This document shows positions 36,301 to 52,033 of a stretch of DNA of 64,000 nt, piece after piece. Origin of the DNA: Gordius albopunctatus (lineage: Eukaryota). The stretch spans positions 3,906,001 through 3,970,000 of the forward strand of contig OZ193909.1 in assembly GCA_964276515.1 (NCBI GenBank). The letters are read 5' to 3'. Under the pieces are notes generated by a model. It did no database searches. It saw only the letters and a program-made list of their open reading frames with translations, and had not been told where the DNA came from. The translations under genes were made by a program, and so were the position numbers. Every line of letters starts with the position of its first letter. Position 1 is the stretch's first letter.

Positions 36301-39300
36301 TTAAGACCTTTATAAACACATTTTCAAAATTTGAAAGGTTTAAAAAAATACTTAAAAAGTTATAGGAAGTTAAAAAATGGGGTCAAATATACCCCACGAA
36401 TGCTCTCGCGTTCGTGATTTTCAGGAGTGCTCTCGAGGGTTAATAACGTCGTTAATTTGTTTCATAAAATTTTGAGATAAATTTGGCTTGTTCGTGATAA
36501 CTGTGAAGGTGTACAAAGGTCACAACACCATAGAAATTGGTGCAACTCGTTCATAATGAGTTATTTGAGTTTTAAATAGAAACTATTGAACTATAAGTGA
36601 TATCAAAATCTTACTTTTGCGGTGTTTTAAGAAGAATATTGCAAATAATAATTAAATGACATTATTTATAAGTGAGTTAAAAATTTATATATAACTTACG
36701 TAAGAAATTCAAGTCACTGTTAATATTTCAAAACTTATATTGATTTATATTTGGGTATTGAAGATAGATATATTTATGACTCTAATCAAGATATTAATAA
36801 ATTTAACATTAAAAATTATCGCACTTCCTATCCATTTAAAACAAAGCAACTAGATGCTATAAGGAGTTAAAAGAGGTTTAAAGAAAGTCGATCTTAAAAT
36901 TAGAAGGCAGTAATCAAGGTTATTTAAAATATGAAACCTTATTACAATTTTATATTTAAAAATCTTTTTTAGCTATAACTAAATCATAGAAAAAAATATA
37001 TATATATATTCTAAAATTTCTGACTTTATCAAATTCTCAAATTTAATGATTAATTCCGTTTTTTGTTATTACATTTTACTAGGGACGAATATAATATAAC
37101 AACATTGTTAATATTACCCGTCACAGTATCTTATATAGCTGGCTAATAATCATTCTAAGATTAATCTAAACTAAAAATTAGATTATATTTAAAATTGGAA
37201 ACCATCAGGTTGAGATGTATGTGATTATCGATTATTATTTCGAATGATTTTCACATGTTTATAATATTTTTTATTTTAACTCCGACATTTTAGGAGCTTA
37301 CAGTTTGGAAATTTAACAAAATTTCCTTCAATAGATATAATGACTTTTTCATCAATTTTTTTATGAAAAATTTGTAGTTTCTAGATTTAAAGTTTAAGAT
37401 AAGAATAAATGACTTAAAAGGTCTGGGTCCCCTTATTAAATTATATCAAAATTGAAAAATTCAATAATCATATCTTAAATTCACCTCTAATGTATTTGTT
37501 AGTTTGTAGTTGTAAGCATATGAAAAATGGAAACAAATGCTCTTGGGAAGGCAAATGCGAATGCCCAATCGGCAAATATGGAAGCAACTGCAGTTCAAGT
37601 ATATATATATATATATATATATAATTTTTATATATAAGATTTAGTCTTTGTTTTAATAAGTTTCATCCATCTTGACGTTATGAAATTATGTTTAATCATT
37701 ATCCTATATATATATCGCGTGTGTTATTTAACTATTTTATTATTATGGACATGTCTAGGGGTGCCTATCCCCCCTCTTTTAATTGCTATGCATTTCATGG
37801 TTAATACATATTATTATATATTAAGCCAAATGAGGATTAGAATTTAAAAATATCATCAGTATGCATCTCAGTTAATCATGAGCATCTTCTTTGCATCCCC
37901 ATTTGAGTAAAATCTGACTTAGCCCATCATAAATTCCACCTTAACTACTCTCTATTACCAACTTATTTTTTTATAATAAATTTTTGAATACCAAATTTTC
38001 AATGATTAAAGCAATAAATGATCAAAACATCCTACCTTAAAAATTCATTTTCAGTGATAAGTTAATTTAAAAAATGAATTTTTTAACACTCTCTGTGTTG
38101 TAATTTCAGGAGTTCTCTAGGTACACCTCTCAATCATTGATTTAAATTTTACAGCATATTTATTTAGGGGGAAGAATTTTATTGTGATTTCAGTAGTAAA
38201 ATATATAATTCAATTTACTCCTCATTTTTAAATTCTACCATTTTTACATCTTAAACTCATAGTTACCTATTTAAAATGACTACTTCATAGATTTATTCTC
38301 ATATAATTTCAATAAATAAAAAGCCATATTTTTATTTAATATAAAATTTTTTTTACCAAATTGCACATCTTCTGTAATTTTAAATGCAAGGAGTAATAAT
38401 TTTGAATCGTTAATAGATTGCGAATGCCATGAACGCAATTCCAAATCTGCCGAATGCAAATGCCATTATGAACGCGATTCAAAATCTGGTGAATGCAAAT
38501 GCCATAAAGGCGATCCCAAATCTGGCGAATGCAATAGAAAGCGTTGTTATTGCAAAACAGGGTTTTATGGCGACGATTGCAGTAAAGGTATTGGTGAATG
38601 TCATTTATATAAAAAATAAATAAATAAAGCTCGCTTGTTTTGCTATAAAATTAGATAATACAGATTGGCAAAACATTTGACTAGTGATGATTATGTTTTA
38701 ATACGTATTAATGATGAACACATGAAGTCTGGTTTAACATGTTTTATAAATTAGGGCTTTGTAAAGATTGTCAAATCCTTTATTTTTATTATTAAACCAA
38801 AACACGCAATGATAAAAATCAAATAACAGCGAAATTAAATATAAGCGAGGGTGTTGGTAAGGATGATAAAAAATTTAGCAGGTTTGATGATTAGATAACT
38901 AGCTAGGTGCAGTTGAAAGCTATGTCAACAATGTGATGTTGGTAGAATAAGATGTGATCGCAAAAGTAATGAATAAATGGAATATCCAGAGGAGCAGAGT
39001 AACGTTGGAGTGAGTCCTGTAATCCTTTTATATATGTTTGATAAATCTGGAAAAATCTATATATTTCTCGTAAAAAAAAACAATTTGGTACATGCCAATA
39101 AAAATACCAGTTTAACTGCAGTTGGATACATCGAAATCGCCACAGCTTAATTAAAGTGACAATAACATGCGTTTTCAACCATTTCTGATTGACCTATAAG
39201 TTTAAAAGTTTTTAAATTATTTCTAGGGGAACCTTATAAATCTATTAACATATGGAAATAACTTTTTAGATTATTCCAAAAAAATGAGCTTTTTACGTAA

Positions 39301-40295
39301 TGTTGTTGGGATGCTTCCGCTAGATTCAACGTCTTCCATTCTAAGGCTGTATTAATTACAAATGCTCTTAGAATGGTAAATTTTGTTATTGATACTTCAG
39401 ATAAAAAAGTTTTTCATTTAAGAAAAAAACGAAATTAGTAACATTCTTTTATACAATAACAATACTAATATACAGCGAGGTTTCTGGCACTGATACCAAT
39501 GTGTCTCTAAAAGTGTTAAAACACCTTGATACATTATTAAAAATATGATCTCGATATTCTTCCCACAAGCTACTGGTATGCTTCAAAGATTATCTTAATT
39601 TAAAAGAACATTTTATATGATTCTTATGAGTTTAGTGCTCAACTAAATATTTTTGATTTACCGAATATTATATATATTATTTTACGTATTTATACTAATT
39701 TTGTATAAATCTAGAATGCCCGAAAAATTGCATTAACGCCTACGGACGTAACGACTGCAACATTGAAGGCGAATGCATATGCCTAGATGGCTATGCTGGG
39801 GATCGATGTCAAAATGTAATGCATGGAATATCTTGAGCTAATATACCTGTTCTCATAAATCAGCATAAAAAATGGCTAATCATTTGAGATGGAAAACTAA
39901 GACGATTGTCAAATTTGTCTCTTTAGCGTAGTGTAGTAAAAACGGTTGGGTTTTATTTGGTCGACCTTCGGTTTTAGTGGATTAAACATAAACAAACCAA
40001 AGGTTTTTTGGTCTGTTCTCCTTAGTCGACCTCTAGACTTAGTCGAAATTTTAAAAATAGACCAGAGTCGAGCATTTTGCAAATCAAATTCCTCAAAAGT
40101 GCACCGTATCTACTTGTTTCACTATAGATCGGGTGTGTTGAAAGCTATACAAGTTTCGCTGTTGATCTCAGAGCATCATAAAAACTATTAGTTAAATAAA
40201 TTAAGAAACCAATAAATATTATTCTATTTTTCTAGAAGTCAACATCCGATCCAATAAAAGAATGGCTTCAACTTAACGCCCCAAAAATAACATAA
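33343..40295 (+). CDS. Secreted EGF/laminin-EGF repeat protein (copy 3)
   Basis: Exons 33343-33385, 33515-33610, 34090-34185, 35612-35695, 35782-35865, 37503-37598, 38417-38587, 39715-39815, 40236-40295. Coding sequence matches copy 1 as far as I could see. Confidence 0.85.
35885..36439. mobile_element. piggyBac-like MITE (copy)
   Basis: Same as 6601-7155. Confidence 0.9.
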
Positions 40296-43200
40296 CATGG
40301 CTTATTATTTTTTACATATACCCTTATAGCTTTGTGTAATTTATATTATTTACACTAATAAATTTCCATATTAATTGCTATCGATGTATGCTTTATAATA
40401 GGACATTTTTTGGTATACACAAAATATTTTATCATGATAAAATACAAATATTATAATTTATTTAAAAAAAATTAGAACCTTATTATTATTATGATCTGTT
40501 ATCAAGAATCTATGAGAAAAAAATCTTACCAATAACTTTTATTTAAAAATCGTTAAAATATTTATTTGAAACGAATTCACCTTGGTCATGTTATATTGCG
40601 ACGCGCTTTATTGTCAACTTCTATTTGTCCTCGCAAACTTAAAAGGTTCGCCAAAGTTTTATTCTGTAGATGGGATTATATGGATGAATCTTGCTGATAT
40701 AAACTCATATCAATATTATATCTTACTTAACACCATCACTAGAGGCAATAACGTTTAAAGAGAGGCAAAATGAGAATTTTATGAAATTTTAAAGTATTTT
40801 CGGATTTAGAGGGCGCCAGCTGCCCCTCCCTACCACCCCCTGACGCCATGATAACTAATAAAGTCATGGCGAAATTAGTTATAGCGATTTATTAACCATT
40901 ACTTTACTTTATTGTGATTTGTGAACATATTAATGCCTTCCATCGAAATTTCTCGTAACAAATTAACTCCAAAGATAACTGATAAACAATTCTGCAAGAA
41001 TCGATAGATTAAAGACGAATGCAAAAGTCAAAATTTCATCAAAAGAGTCTACCAAAAAATTTGGCAACAAAATACATGCCTTTTATTTAAACGAATTTTT
41101 GGGAGCATAACCTTCTTCATACCTGGCTAATAATATAGAATTATATTTGACACTGTATCACAAAACTATTTAAGACTAACTAATATCGATCATGGCAATC
41201 AAAATCTGACTAATACAATGATTTTTATGGTTAAAAAGTTTATTTTAATGAAACAAAGTTACATAAATAAGCTAAATACAAAAATAAATAAAGACCTATT
41301 AGTTAGATACATAGATCTATATCATGATCTCCTGAAATGGGCCATCAGTCGGCAAAGGATTTATAGTTGTATCGTAGAATAATAATCCCTAGTTGTTGCC
41401 TGAGTAAAAAGGACTAAGAAATTTTAGATTTCGGTGAGCGTTTTCCGATTTCTTTAAAAAACCCCATTACCTGCTTACCAAAAGAACAGGAGCACGAGGC
41501 AACGACAGTGATAAAAATATTGGATGCCAAAAGGGCAGAGTACTTTGTAGTTTTACGCCCTTTTGCTGCAGCGATAGGGTCGTAATTAAAATGGGAAGAG
41601 GCAAATATGTCAATACAAGTAAAATCCCATTTGAGGGATAGGCTATTTTGCCAGGGGACTAGAGAAGAACTGTCAGGGCGCATCCTACCTTCAAGAGAGG
41701 GATCTAACGGCTCACGGATTGAGGGGATTGCATGGGTAGGCTTCAAGCCACTCGTGACTGGGACCATAAAAAGCGAGGGACCTAAGGTTGTAATGCTGGC
41801 TATCATCGCTGCTCGATAAAAGGTAATCAACGGAGCGCGATACTAGTCAAGAATCCCAATCTTGTCTCGTACTTTGAGGTTAAATAGTCTCTGGTGTCAC
41901 ATTCAAATTCCAAAGCTCCAAGGCTTGAGTTAACAGAGGGTCGGAATCATATGTTGTGAGATTAAAAATTGAGTTTTGGACTGACTTAAAAGAGGAAATA
42001 AAAGCAGCTAGCGATAGGCTGCCGCCAGGACGAATTCCTGATCCTCCATATTTGGTTGGAAGGGATGCTTGAATCCGATTGTTAGTATTAAATTTTAAAT
42101 TTTTTCTAATAAAGTTTTTAAAAAGCCTTCGTGCGACTTTAAAACGTGTTGGTGTCAAAATGCAGCAGATGAGCGAAAACAATGATAAATCTTTTAAATG
42201 TTGAAATAGTTTTTGATTAAGTAAAAAATGTGATGTGCAGGCAAGCATTTTAAAAGTTCCGTTTTAGATTTTAATATTTCGAGGTTCTTATGAAGCAAAT
42301 TTAAAAGAGATTTTTCGCCGCCAATGGATGATCCCAAAAGGTAGGAAAGACCGGGGCTAGTCGTAGCCCGGGGTTACTATTATCTTTCTAATTATTTTGT
42401 AAAATAATATTGATATTAAAGCAAAATTTAAACCATATGTGTATTTTTCCATAAGCCATAAGCAAAAAAATATGCTTAGAAAAAATAAAATTTAAAATTT
42501 ATATTGAGAAAAAACTATTTTTCGGGGCTATTAGTAGCCTTTACAAAATTTTTTATTTAGCACATAAAATTTTTTAGGCTGAATATTTTGGATGTATTTA
42601 ACTTTTATCTTATAAAGGGAGATTTCTATATAAAAATTGTCTAATGATTAAATTTTTATATGCAATATAACATCTTAAACTTTTAATTGTTTATGAAAAT
42701 AGGGGTCGGGGCTAGTCGGAGAGGGGCTATTGCTAGCCATTTTTTATTAAAAAACAAAAAATTTTGTTTAATAATCTAACATAGTGTTATTTGGAATAGA
42801 AATAGACTATGATTATACATTATAAAACGACTAAAAGTCTTTTTCCATTGCTAAATCCGCCTTTTGAGTGTTCTTAAGTCAGATTATCATCTTGACTCTA
42901 TTTTTATTTCTTTTATATAAAATACAATCATATTACATTTGTATTTTCTACATTTTTATAATGAAAGAATATTTTTATTGATTTGAGTTAGCATAAACTT
43001 ATAAGATGTGAAAACGTCAGAAGCCCTCCTACCCTCTAATATCTTTACCCCTATCGTTGCCTCATGTTCTGAGACTTTTGGTCCTGCCGCCATCAAGCCT
43101 TTTAAAGATATCAGCCGTCGCTGCCCGCCCTCTAAATATTCCACAAATTTTATAGTTAAACAAAAAATTGGTATTTTAATAGCAAAGTACAATTTTAAAC

Positions 43201-45298
43201 TTTTATTATATGATACATGCGACGCTTTTTAATTATAATTTTTTTATTTTGTTTTCTACCCGCTCTTATATTTTTCGAATTTTAACACTTCGTTTTTTAT
43301 AACGTTCTTACATTCAAATAAACAATATATACATTAAAAAAAATCTAACGGCTATGACTAGATCCGGTTATTTTCAAAATATTTTAGATTTTTGTTTTTT
43401 TAAACTTAATTTGTGATAAACTTTTATTTGCCTCCAAATATTTTTCCTATAGTAAAAATAGACCTTAAAAATATATTCCAACAAAAAAAATGGAAAAATT
43501 GTTTTTAGTTTTTTTTAAACGCGATTTAATTTTTTATGGCTAAAGTAGCCCTGGTCTTCCCTATATGTTTTCTCTCTCTAAAACTAAAAATGTTTCAAAA
43601 ACTGGAAAGTCAATAGTGTTGGGAACCTAAAAGATTTAACATTTTTTCGAGTATGATTTAAGATTTAGAGTGGGTTCAAAGTTTTTGATGATTTCTAGAG
43701 CTTTACTAATCTCCTCCGGGCGGCCAAATAGTGTGGCGTCGTTGATACAAAATATTTAAATCGAGGGTACACTGAGATGATATAGCCTCGACTGAATTAT
43801 GAATGCCTAAACAAAATAAAGGAGGGCCTAATGGATCTCCTTGTTGGATGCCTTCGGACGAGTCAATGAGGTATTCGCCGAATCTAAGCTTGGTTATAGA
43901 ACCATAGCTTAATAAAATGTAATTTAAAAATTGTGTGGATACAGCTAAAAAAGTGTTAATGAGGGTTTCTCTTCGAATGCTGTTAAAAGCATTGGCAAAT
44001 ATAATGATTTTTCCTATTGCTTGCGGCTAGATATGCTTTTATGTACATTATCATATATAAAAAATTTGTTAGTTGATTAAAAAATCTTATTTTTATTTAA
44101 TATCTGTGACGAAAGGGTTAGGACATTTTTTATCAATAGAGACGATAGTTTATCACCCCATATATGTCAACTTTATTTCTAAATCTGTGTCCGAAATTGC
44201 CAAAATTAAGTTTAAAATATAAATCAAATGTTTAACAACATTTTTACTGAAAATTGACTATTAGTAGAAAAGTCAATTCTTTTAAATAACAAAACAACCA
44301 GGAAATATTGAATATTGTTGTAGTTTTAGTTGAATCACTTTACTTACTCGCTTATGCAAATGAGCTAGGAAGGAGAGCCTGTTGTATCTTGCCAACTAAA
44401 ATTAGTTATGTGAATAATGGGCACTAATTATAAGCAGGCAAATATATAAAAAGCATGCCTCATATTAGTGGAGATGTGCAGTACATGGAACTGTCGGCAT
44501 CCCTCATGCAAATGAGAAGTGCATCGACAAGGTGTAAATAGCGGGCATTTGACCATGATACAATGATATATTTATTTTTCTACTCGTTAGTCCTGTGGGG
44601 CGGGGGGGGGATATTTTATTTTTCATCTTTGAATCTCGTGGGTCAAGCGGTAGCATGAAGGAAGAACCAAACGGTCCCCCTTACCCAATACCTTAAATTT
44701 ACTCGTAGTCGTCGCTCATTCTAGCGGATTAATTTCACGGCAATTTCTCACAGCCATCGTCCAACACTTACATTAATACTTACATATATTTTCTAGAAAT
44801 CATCATTCGATTGGTTGATCGTTATTAGTTGTTATTACACATTTTGTACATTTTTAATAGTAGGAAATAAAGGATAGAAAGTGCGCATATAAAAAATATA
44901 TAAAAATTTCTTACAAAATTACTGAATATGATTTAAATATAATAATAAGATTATAATTACCATAATAATATCGAGTATCTTATTCGCTGGGATTTTTATT
45001 TTCAAAAGGCATGCTTCTCAATCACCTATAAAGAATGGTAAAAATCCTTAAACTTTCAAAAGTGTGTCTTTTTTCGACGATTTTACTTTGCTAATCTTGA
45101 TTTTCACTGTGGCTCACCAGAAGTTTTTTTCAATTCTTCCTCACTTGTTAACCCATATGATGGCTAAGCGTTATATATAAACAGAACATTTCTATAATAT
45201 TTAAATGTATGCAATCATCTAAACTAATTTTGTGTTACATATATTTTTGATTATAAATTTCAAAAAAATGCATCATAATGCGTCTCGGTCGATCGCCT

Positions 45299-46929
45299 TT
45301 AATCTGGGGTTGAATATCTTCCCGGAAATAAAACATTTCCAGACTCAACTTCGATTAGTAAATGCAAGAACGGTCTATTAAAAAACATATTGTCAAATGC
45401 TCTATCTTCGAGGGCTCCACCAGTGGCCGCTGCCCCTTTACTTCCTTTTTCGTTCATTTGAAAATTGACTTTATGAACCATTTTATCCAACGACAAGGCT
45501 CGTGATTTGACGATATTGTTCAAACTATGGCTGGAAACATGCATAATGGAAGTTCAGTTATATACATTTATACATAAAATTCATCTCCAAATATATATCG
45601 ATAGTTACTTAAAGATGCAACTTAGATTAGAATTCGCCAATATCGTGTTCATCTGCAAGTTTAATAAAATTATGTAATACCAATCCATTATGTAGTATCC
45701 AATTTGTTTCCACTAATGGTAATTTATGATTGATAAAATGGGAGGGTGGAAATGGGTTTAGATATTTCGGTCGTCCAGCGACCATTATCAAATCGTCCTT
45801 CGTTCCTTATTTGTAATCCACATCACTTGTAATTTACCCTTTTTTTATTGATAATGGTCGCTGGACGACCGAAATATGTAAACCCATTTCCACCCTCCCA
45901 TTTTATCAATCCTAAATTACCATTATTGGAAACAACCTCGATACTATCTGCAAGTTTGTTTTACGATCAATCAGAGGTATGGAGATGTTAGGAATTTTGA
46001 TGGAAGCTTTCTTGAGTGCATTCACTAATATATTAGGATCCATAAAAAGTTTGTATTTGAGTGCTTTTAACGTTGATTTGGAATTGGGAAGAATTAGGAC
46101 CGTTTTAAATTTGGTCTCTTTGTGATTCAAGATTAAATAATTGGCCAAATCTCTCATGTCTGTATATTGTTCGATCTCTAATTAAGCAATATTCATCACG
46201 GGTGTTAAGACATATCGACCGTCTTCTGTATGAATATTTTGCTGAGTCGTTCATCTTCAAAAATTAATTAGAAAATATAAAGTGGGCTTAAAAAATTAGC
46301 TCTTATCGAACGGAACTTCCCACAGTCCTTTAAAATAGAGAGTGCTGAGAGAAGCTATAAGAGTGTTGCTTGTAATATCTCTAGGGGAAAATAAATCCCG
46401 AATTCTGTTACGAGTAGGCTGAGCTACTTTAGCATTGATGGCTTTAAAAGTTTGATCTGGTGAATTGTAACTAGTCGGGGTCACCAAGGCCCTAAATATT
46501 TTCTTTACGGCGTTAGCATAATTTGGATTTATAGTCATTCTATTATTGACAAATAGCTCATTTAATATTTTAATTTCGGTTGCATCGTTTTTGTAGTCTT
46601 GATATTTGCTCAAAAAACCTGACTACCTTCTAATGTATTCGTGTGTCAAAGACTGCTGCAAAAAATTTCCTAGTTCAGCGTAGCAAGTTTCATCTCTAGT
46701 TCCCGCCGCGTATATGTACATGGCAGTTTTAAGGTTAAACGGTGAAAATACGTAATTTTGGTTATATTTATTGATGATACACGCTATTTTGATGCTTACT
46801 AATGACCTGTGGATTAACGTCTGCACTCAAACTCACAGTTATGAGTGTTAAGGCTAAATAGATTTATAACATAATAATTTTTGAATGAAAAAATAAAAAC
46901 TCACCGAAGCAGAGTAATGTAATGAACAT
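45299..46929 (-). pseudogene. Serpin pseudogene (copy 3)
   Basis: Same as 16017-17647 except one change near the C-terminus (YSSPD to YSTPD). Confidence 0.85.
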
Positions 46930-47836
46930 GTCGATCTTGAAAAAAATTATCTCAATATCCGTGAATGATTTTTCATGGGGTCAGTATCTAAATAAAGAGA
47001 TCAGCGACATCCTTAAAGTATAAGTAAATAGCATAGACTTGATAAATAGCCTCATTGATTTTTAAAGGTGCAATATTTTAATGTCATAGAGAAGAATAAT
47101 TTTGTTTCAAAAAATGCATTAAAACAGTGGATAATCTCCCTCTTATAATAAATTCAACAAAACCCTTTCACAAGATCTCGTCTCGGTTTAGAAAAATCTC
47201 GTCTCGACGAGAATTCTCGACTTGTCTCGACTTATTTTATAAAAAATTTATACGAAATTAAAATTTCTTATGTTTTGTTAAAAATATTAAATAAGTGATA
47301 AAAAAATCCAAATGGAAAACTTTTTATATTTTTCTAAGAACATAAATACACAAACTCCTTAAAGATCTAGCACGACACGACATCTCATTGACAAAATAAA
47401 TATAATGAACTAATTCATACAGATAATATTTTCTATGGAAAGTGCAAATCAAAAATAAGCTATAAATAATTTTGATGTATATAAAGTTGAATTTATAGTT
47501 CCAGCAAATTTAACATTTTATCTAATTCACCGTGTCTGTAAAATGTAAAAGACTTGAAAATTTATAATATTTGAATTAATTATTGAATATAGCGTTATAA
47601 TCCACAAAATGAGAGTGATTTTTAATGATAATAATATTATTTAAAGAATTGATAATTAGTTGCACATATTATAACGTAAAACAAAAATAAAAGTGGCATT
47701 ATCAAAGGATCAAGAACATATAATTGTAAACTTTAAATGAGAGCATGCGTATTTTATTTTATGACAAACATTTTAATCAAATTTGTATTCTAAATAATTA
47801 CTTTCTAGTTCTAACTAACTTTGCCATTAACGATAT

Positions 47837-49137
47837 ATTTATTTGGATCCCTTCTGCGGATTCAAGGAAGAATTCTCCAAATTTCGAAATCGAAGGACAT
47901 CCGGAACTTAAAATGATGTAGTTGGTGTATTGGGGAAATAGCTTGATAAAACCATTAATGAAGGCAGTGCGGCGAATGCTATTGAAAGCATTTTTAAAAT
48001 CCAGTTTTATAAAGGAGTCACCCAGAGCGAGGTGTTCCAGGGCTAAGCCTGCGGCATGGGTAGCTATCTCGCACCCTCCTTCGACCCCGAAGCCTAGTTG
48101 ATGCGGTTTTAAAGTAGGGGTCAATATTGGTTTGATCGCCGAGCAAATTAATTTAGAAATAATTCTTCGGAAGACACCGCCGATAGGGATAGGCCTGGCT
48201 GAATTGTCGGCCTTCCTAATAGCTAAAAGCTTAGCTCCAAAGACTATGGGCGTTATTTCTTTAGGTATACTCTCATTGACTAAAAGGTTACAAAATTTGG
48301 TGAGTAAGTCTAGTAAGATGGAGGAGTTATTATTATCAATTGTTATAAGATATTTTAAAAAAATTGGTTTTATGCCGTCGAGACCACCTGCAGAATCCAT
48401 GGGAAAAGATAAGATGGCATCTCGAATGTCTGATGACTTAAAAGCAATATCTGAAGGTTGCGAGGGCGATAGGTAAGTAGAAGATAGACTCTGGGGATGT
48501 TTGAGAACCATTTCTTCATATGATTTTTGTGAAGGACTCAAAAATGAATTGTCTTCTTCGAGGTATCTCATTGCGCTTTTGATGTTGAATGAGTGAATTT
48601 TTCTAGAGTTTTTTTTCGCTTTTTGTTTGGGGGTTAATATTTGGGATTCCTTTCTATCCATGTTATATGCTGGAGGGCTGTTTATTATGAGTAATTATTG
48701 CTTCCTTGTCTTGAGGAATATATCAAATGTAAAAAGAGAATTTAAATAATTTCTTCCAATAGGATAGGTTCGGAGGGAGAGAAATAATATTGTTAAGTAA
48801 TTTTATTAAAAACTGTTGCATGCACGCCAGGGCCCCCCTTGGAATTCTGGATATGGTTGGTGGGAATGCTTGAGATAAAAAGGCTCTGCTCCATGTCATG
48901 TCATTTTTTTCATTTGTGGTATAGTAGGTTTGATGATGTATTAGATTAGGTATATCTGTACCAGAAGGGCTAAAATTAATGTTATCATCCAATATTAAGG
49001 TAGATGGTGGACGTATTATGTTTGGGGGAGCGAACTTCCCTGATGAGGGGCATTTATTTGTAACAGGGCTATGTTGTAAAAAACAATACTTTTTGTTTAA
49101 TTAGATATTTCTGGAGCACAAGGGGCATAGGGATTTC
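47837..49137 (-). mobile_element. CRE-clade retrotransposon 5' fragment (copy)
   Basis: Identical ORF at 47798-48661. Confidence 0.85.
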
Positions 49138-49214
49138 GAAAGGACTATTTAATATGTATTAGAATTTTATCACAGGCAAAAAGATTTATTTATGTCAAAA
49201 CGAATGATTTATTG

Positions 49215-51395
49215 TAACCATTGCACGGTTTACTTATCGGTACGGATCCTGATTCTAGTCTGTTCCTCAAGTCAATTCGGACATTCGATTTATGCTTCCA
49301 AATGACATCGTTCGGAGCAAAAGAAATAGTTGAGAATAATGCTGAAAACTGTCAACAATTTAATTCAACGTTTAAAATGAAAAGCAAGGTTTTCACAAAG
49401 GGGGTTCATTGCTGCCGATGCCAAAAGAATCTTATAAATTTTTACAAATTTACTTTATGGGTGGTGGCGACTGCGAACGCGCACTCGCTAATCGCGTGAA
49501 TGCACGTTGCGGCTACAACAACAAAAATTTCTGCGAATATTTGGTAGGTCTGAGAATTGGTTTTAAACTATTTTTTAAACCACTAAGTGATAAGACGTTC
49601 AAGTTATTTTGTTACATACGTTTTGACGTTTAATAAAATGTCAATCAAAAGCAACCTCATGACGTCATACAGGAGTACTGTAAAATGCAACAATTTAAAT
49701 AATCTTTCATATAAAAAAAGAGCTGAAGTATTCTATTTATTAAAAGTATTCTATTTATTAACATATCCGCAATAATATTTTGCCCCGCACGTTGCTGGAT
49801 GTATTCGAATGAGTACTTTAAAACTTGATAATCAGTTTATTGTTCACCAAAGAAATCCAATGGACGAATACGAGTTATAACTTATAATGATATTTAATCA
49901 AATTGTCAAGACAACAATATCTTGGATTTAAATGCAAGCGTTAAACGATATCAATTATTTGTGCGCGGTCGAAATATAAGTGCGCAAAATAGGTGATATT
50001 GGGTGATGTGGAAGGACTAATGAAGGTATTGGATTAGGGGTGGTGTAGGTTTTCTGAGATAGTTGCAACAGGACAACCGAGTTCTAAGTAAGAAAAAAAA
50101 TATTATTATTTGCAGGATAAAAATACAGCTATTTAAACCCTGTCGATGTACTGAACTTCTCAATTTGCATTAGGGATGCCCTCAACCTTACGACAGGTTG
50201 ATGTACTGCACATCTCAATTTGCATGAGGAATGCCTTTAACATATTCGCCTGTTTCTAATTAGTGCCTTAAACAAACCATTAATTAGGAATCTCCCACAG
50301 ACGATAAATAGTTTCTCAACCTTTTATTCACACCACTAATTAAATTAAATTTTATTCCCACCACTTATTAGGTTACTTCAATAAATTAATTGGCAATATA
50401 CAACACGAGGATTAGCACTTGCTCACATTTTGATTTAGTTCATCGACAAAATATCTCCTGAAGACATTGATAGTTTAATTTATGCAGAAATTCCAAATCC
50501 GTGTACTGATAAATTATTGTTTGATATTGTTACTACAAACATAATCATGGCCCATGTGGATATTTTAATCAATCATCGACATAGTGTATATACAGTGAAT
50601 CCAATGCAGACTTAGTTCTTTCAACTGCGACTGTTGTTGGTTAATGGCACCGGCTCATGGTCATTTCACGATATATGTAAAGTAAATGGACAACAGTATC
50701 TAGCGTATAAAGATGCATGCCCTACATTAGGCTTGCTAGAAGACGACAACTATCAGGACAGTATTCTTACTGAAGCAGCATTAAACTATACAGGAACACA
50801 AATTCGTCAACTATTCGCTATAGTGTTGACTGAATGTTTTTAAAATTAGTCATTTTGGTATGAGTTAACCAAATCAATGTACATCTGATTTACTCAACAC
50901 TGATATGAGTCTTGAACTGCAGTATAATACTTTAGAAATGGCAGCGATTGTTACTCGCAATGTCCCACCACTAACTCATGAACAAAAAACCATTTACGAC
51001 CGCATTATGCTGATAGTTTCGTCAGGACAAGGGGTTTCTTTTTTTTTTTTTTTGTTAAAGTTTATTTTCAAGAAACAAAGTTACATTAATAAGCGAAATA
51101 CAAAAATAAAGACATATGGTAGAACTGGCAAAACATTTCTCATTTAGATAATTCTTGCCGACATACGATACAAAAAAGGCATTGCATTGGCTGTGTCATT
51201 AAAATATTAATGAAAAACTCGAAGTCAGCATTTTGAATGGCAAGGTTCGATGTGAACATGTATGCTGTCACGAATCCCTATGATTCCCACATATATGCCG
51301 ATTGAATTCAAACGCATAAAATTTCCAATTAGATTGGCATTCCCATGACAATCAATAAGGCGCAAGGCCAAACGATGTCTATTTATAGCTTAAAT
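49215..51395 (+). mobile_element. Helitron remnant (copy)
   Basis: Same as 30520-32700, offset 18695. Confidence 0.85.
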
Positions 51396-51544
51396 GAATT
51401 ATTTTTTAATCGTCATAATTTGATGTATATATAGGTAGCAAAAATGATTTAATAAAGTATAAAGAATGAAATTAATAAATGATTAGTGTATTGTCATTTA
51501 TAAGCCAACAATCATTAACCTGCAATTTATTTACTAATTTCTAA

Positions 51545-51999
51545 TATAACAATTAATTAGTTGAATAAAACGAGCTGAAGTACAAATATTAATAATAACA
51601 ATTAATTAGTTGAGTAAAACGAGCTAAAGTACAACTATTAACAATAACAATTAATTAGTTGAGTAAAACGAGCTAAAGTACAAATATTAATAATAACAAT
51701 TAGTTGAGTAAAACGAGCTAAAGTACAAATATTAATAGTAACAATTAATTAGTTGAGTAAAACGAGCTAAAGTACAAATATTAATAATAACAATTAATTA
51801 GTTGAGTAAAACGAGCTAAAGTACAAATTTTAATAGTAAAAATTAATTAGTTGAGTAAAACGAACGGAAGTACAAATATTAATAGTAACAATTAATTAGT
51901 TTAGTAAAACGAGCTGAAGTATTAATAATAATAATAATTAATTAGTTGAGTAAAACGAGCTAAAGTACAAATATATATAATAACAATTAATTAGTTGAG
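51545..51999. repeat. 49-bp minisatellite (copy with a 4-bp deletion in one unit)
   Basis: Same array; reads AACAATTAGTTG near 51697. Confidence 0.95.
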
Positions 52000-52033
52000 A
52001 TATTATTTGAAAATTATACAAATTAAAGTCGTA

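Noticed and set aside
28183..46877. Whole unit as an autonomous Helitron that captured genes and amplified by rolling circle
   Set aside because: Rep/Hel is fragmented, and I could not locate 5'-TC or 3'-hairpin-CTRR termini defining the unit. Mobilisation in trans cannot be excluded but is unsupported.
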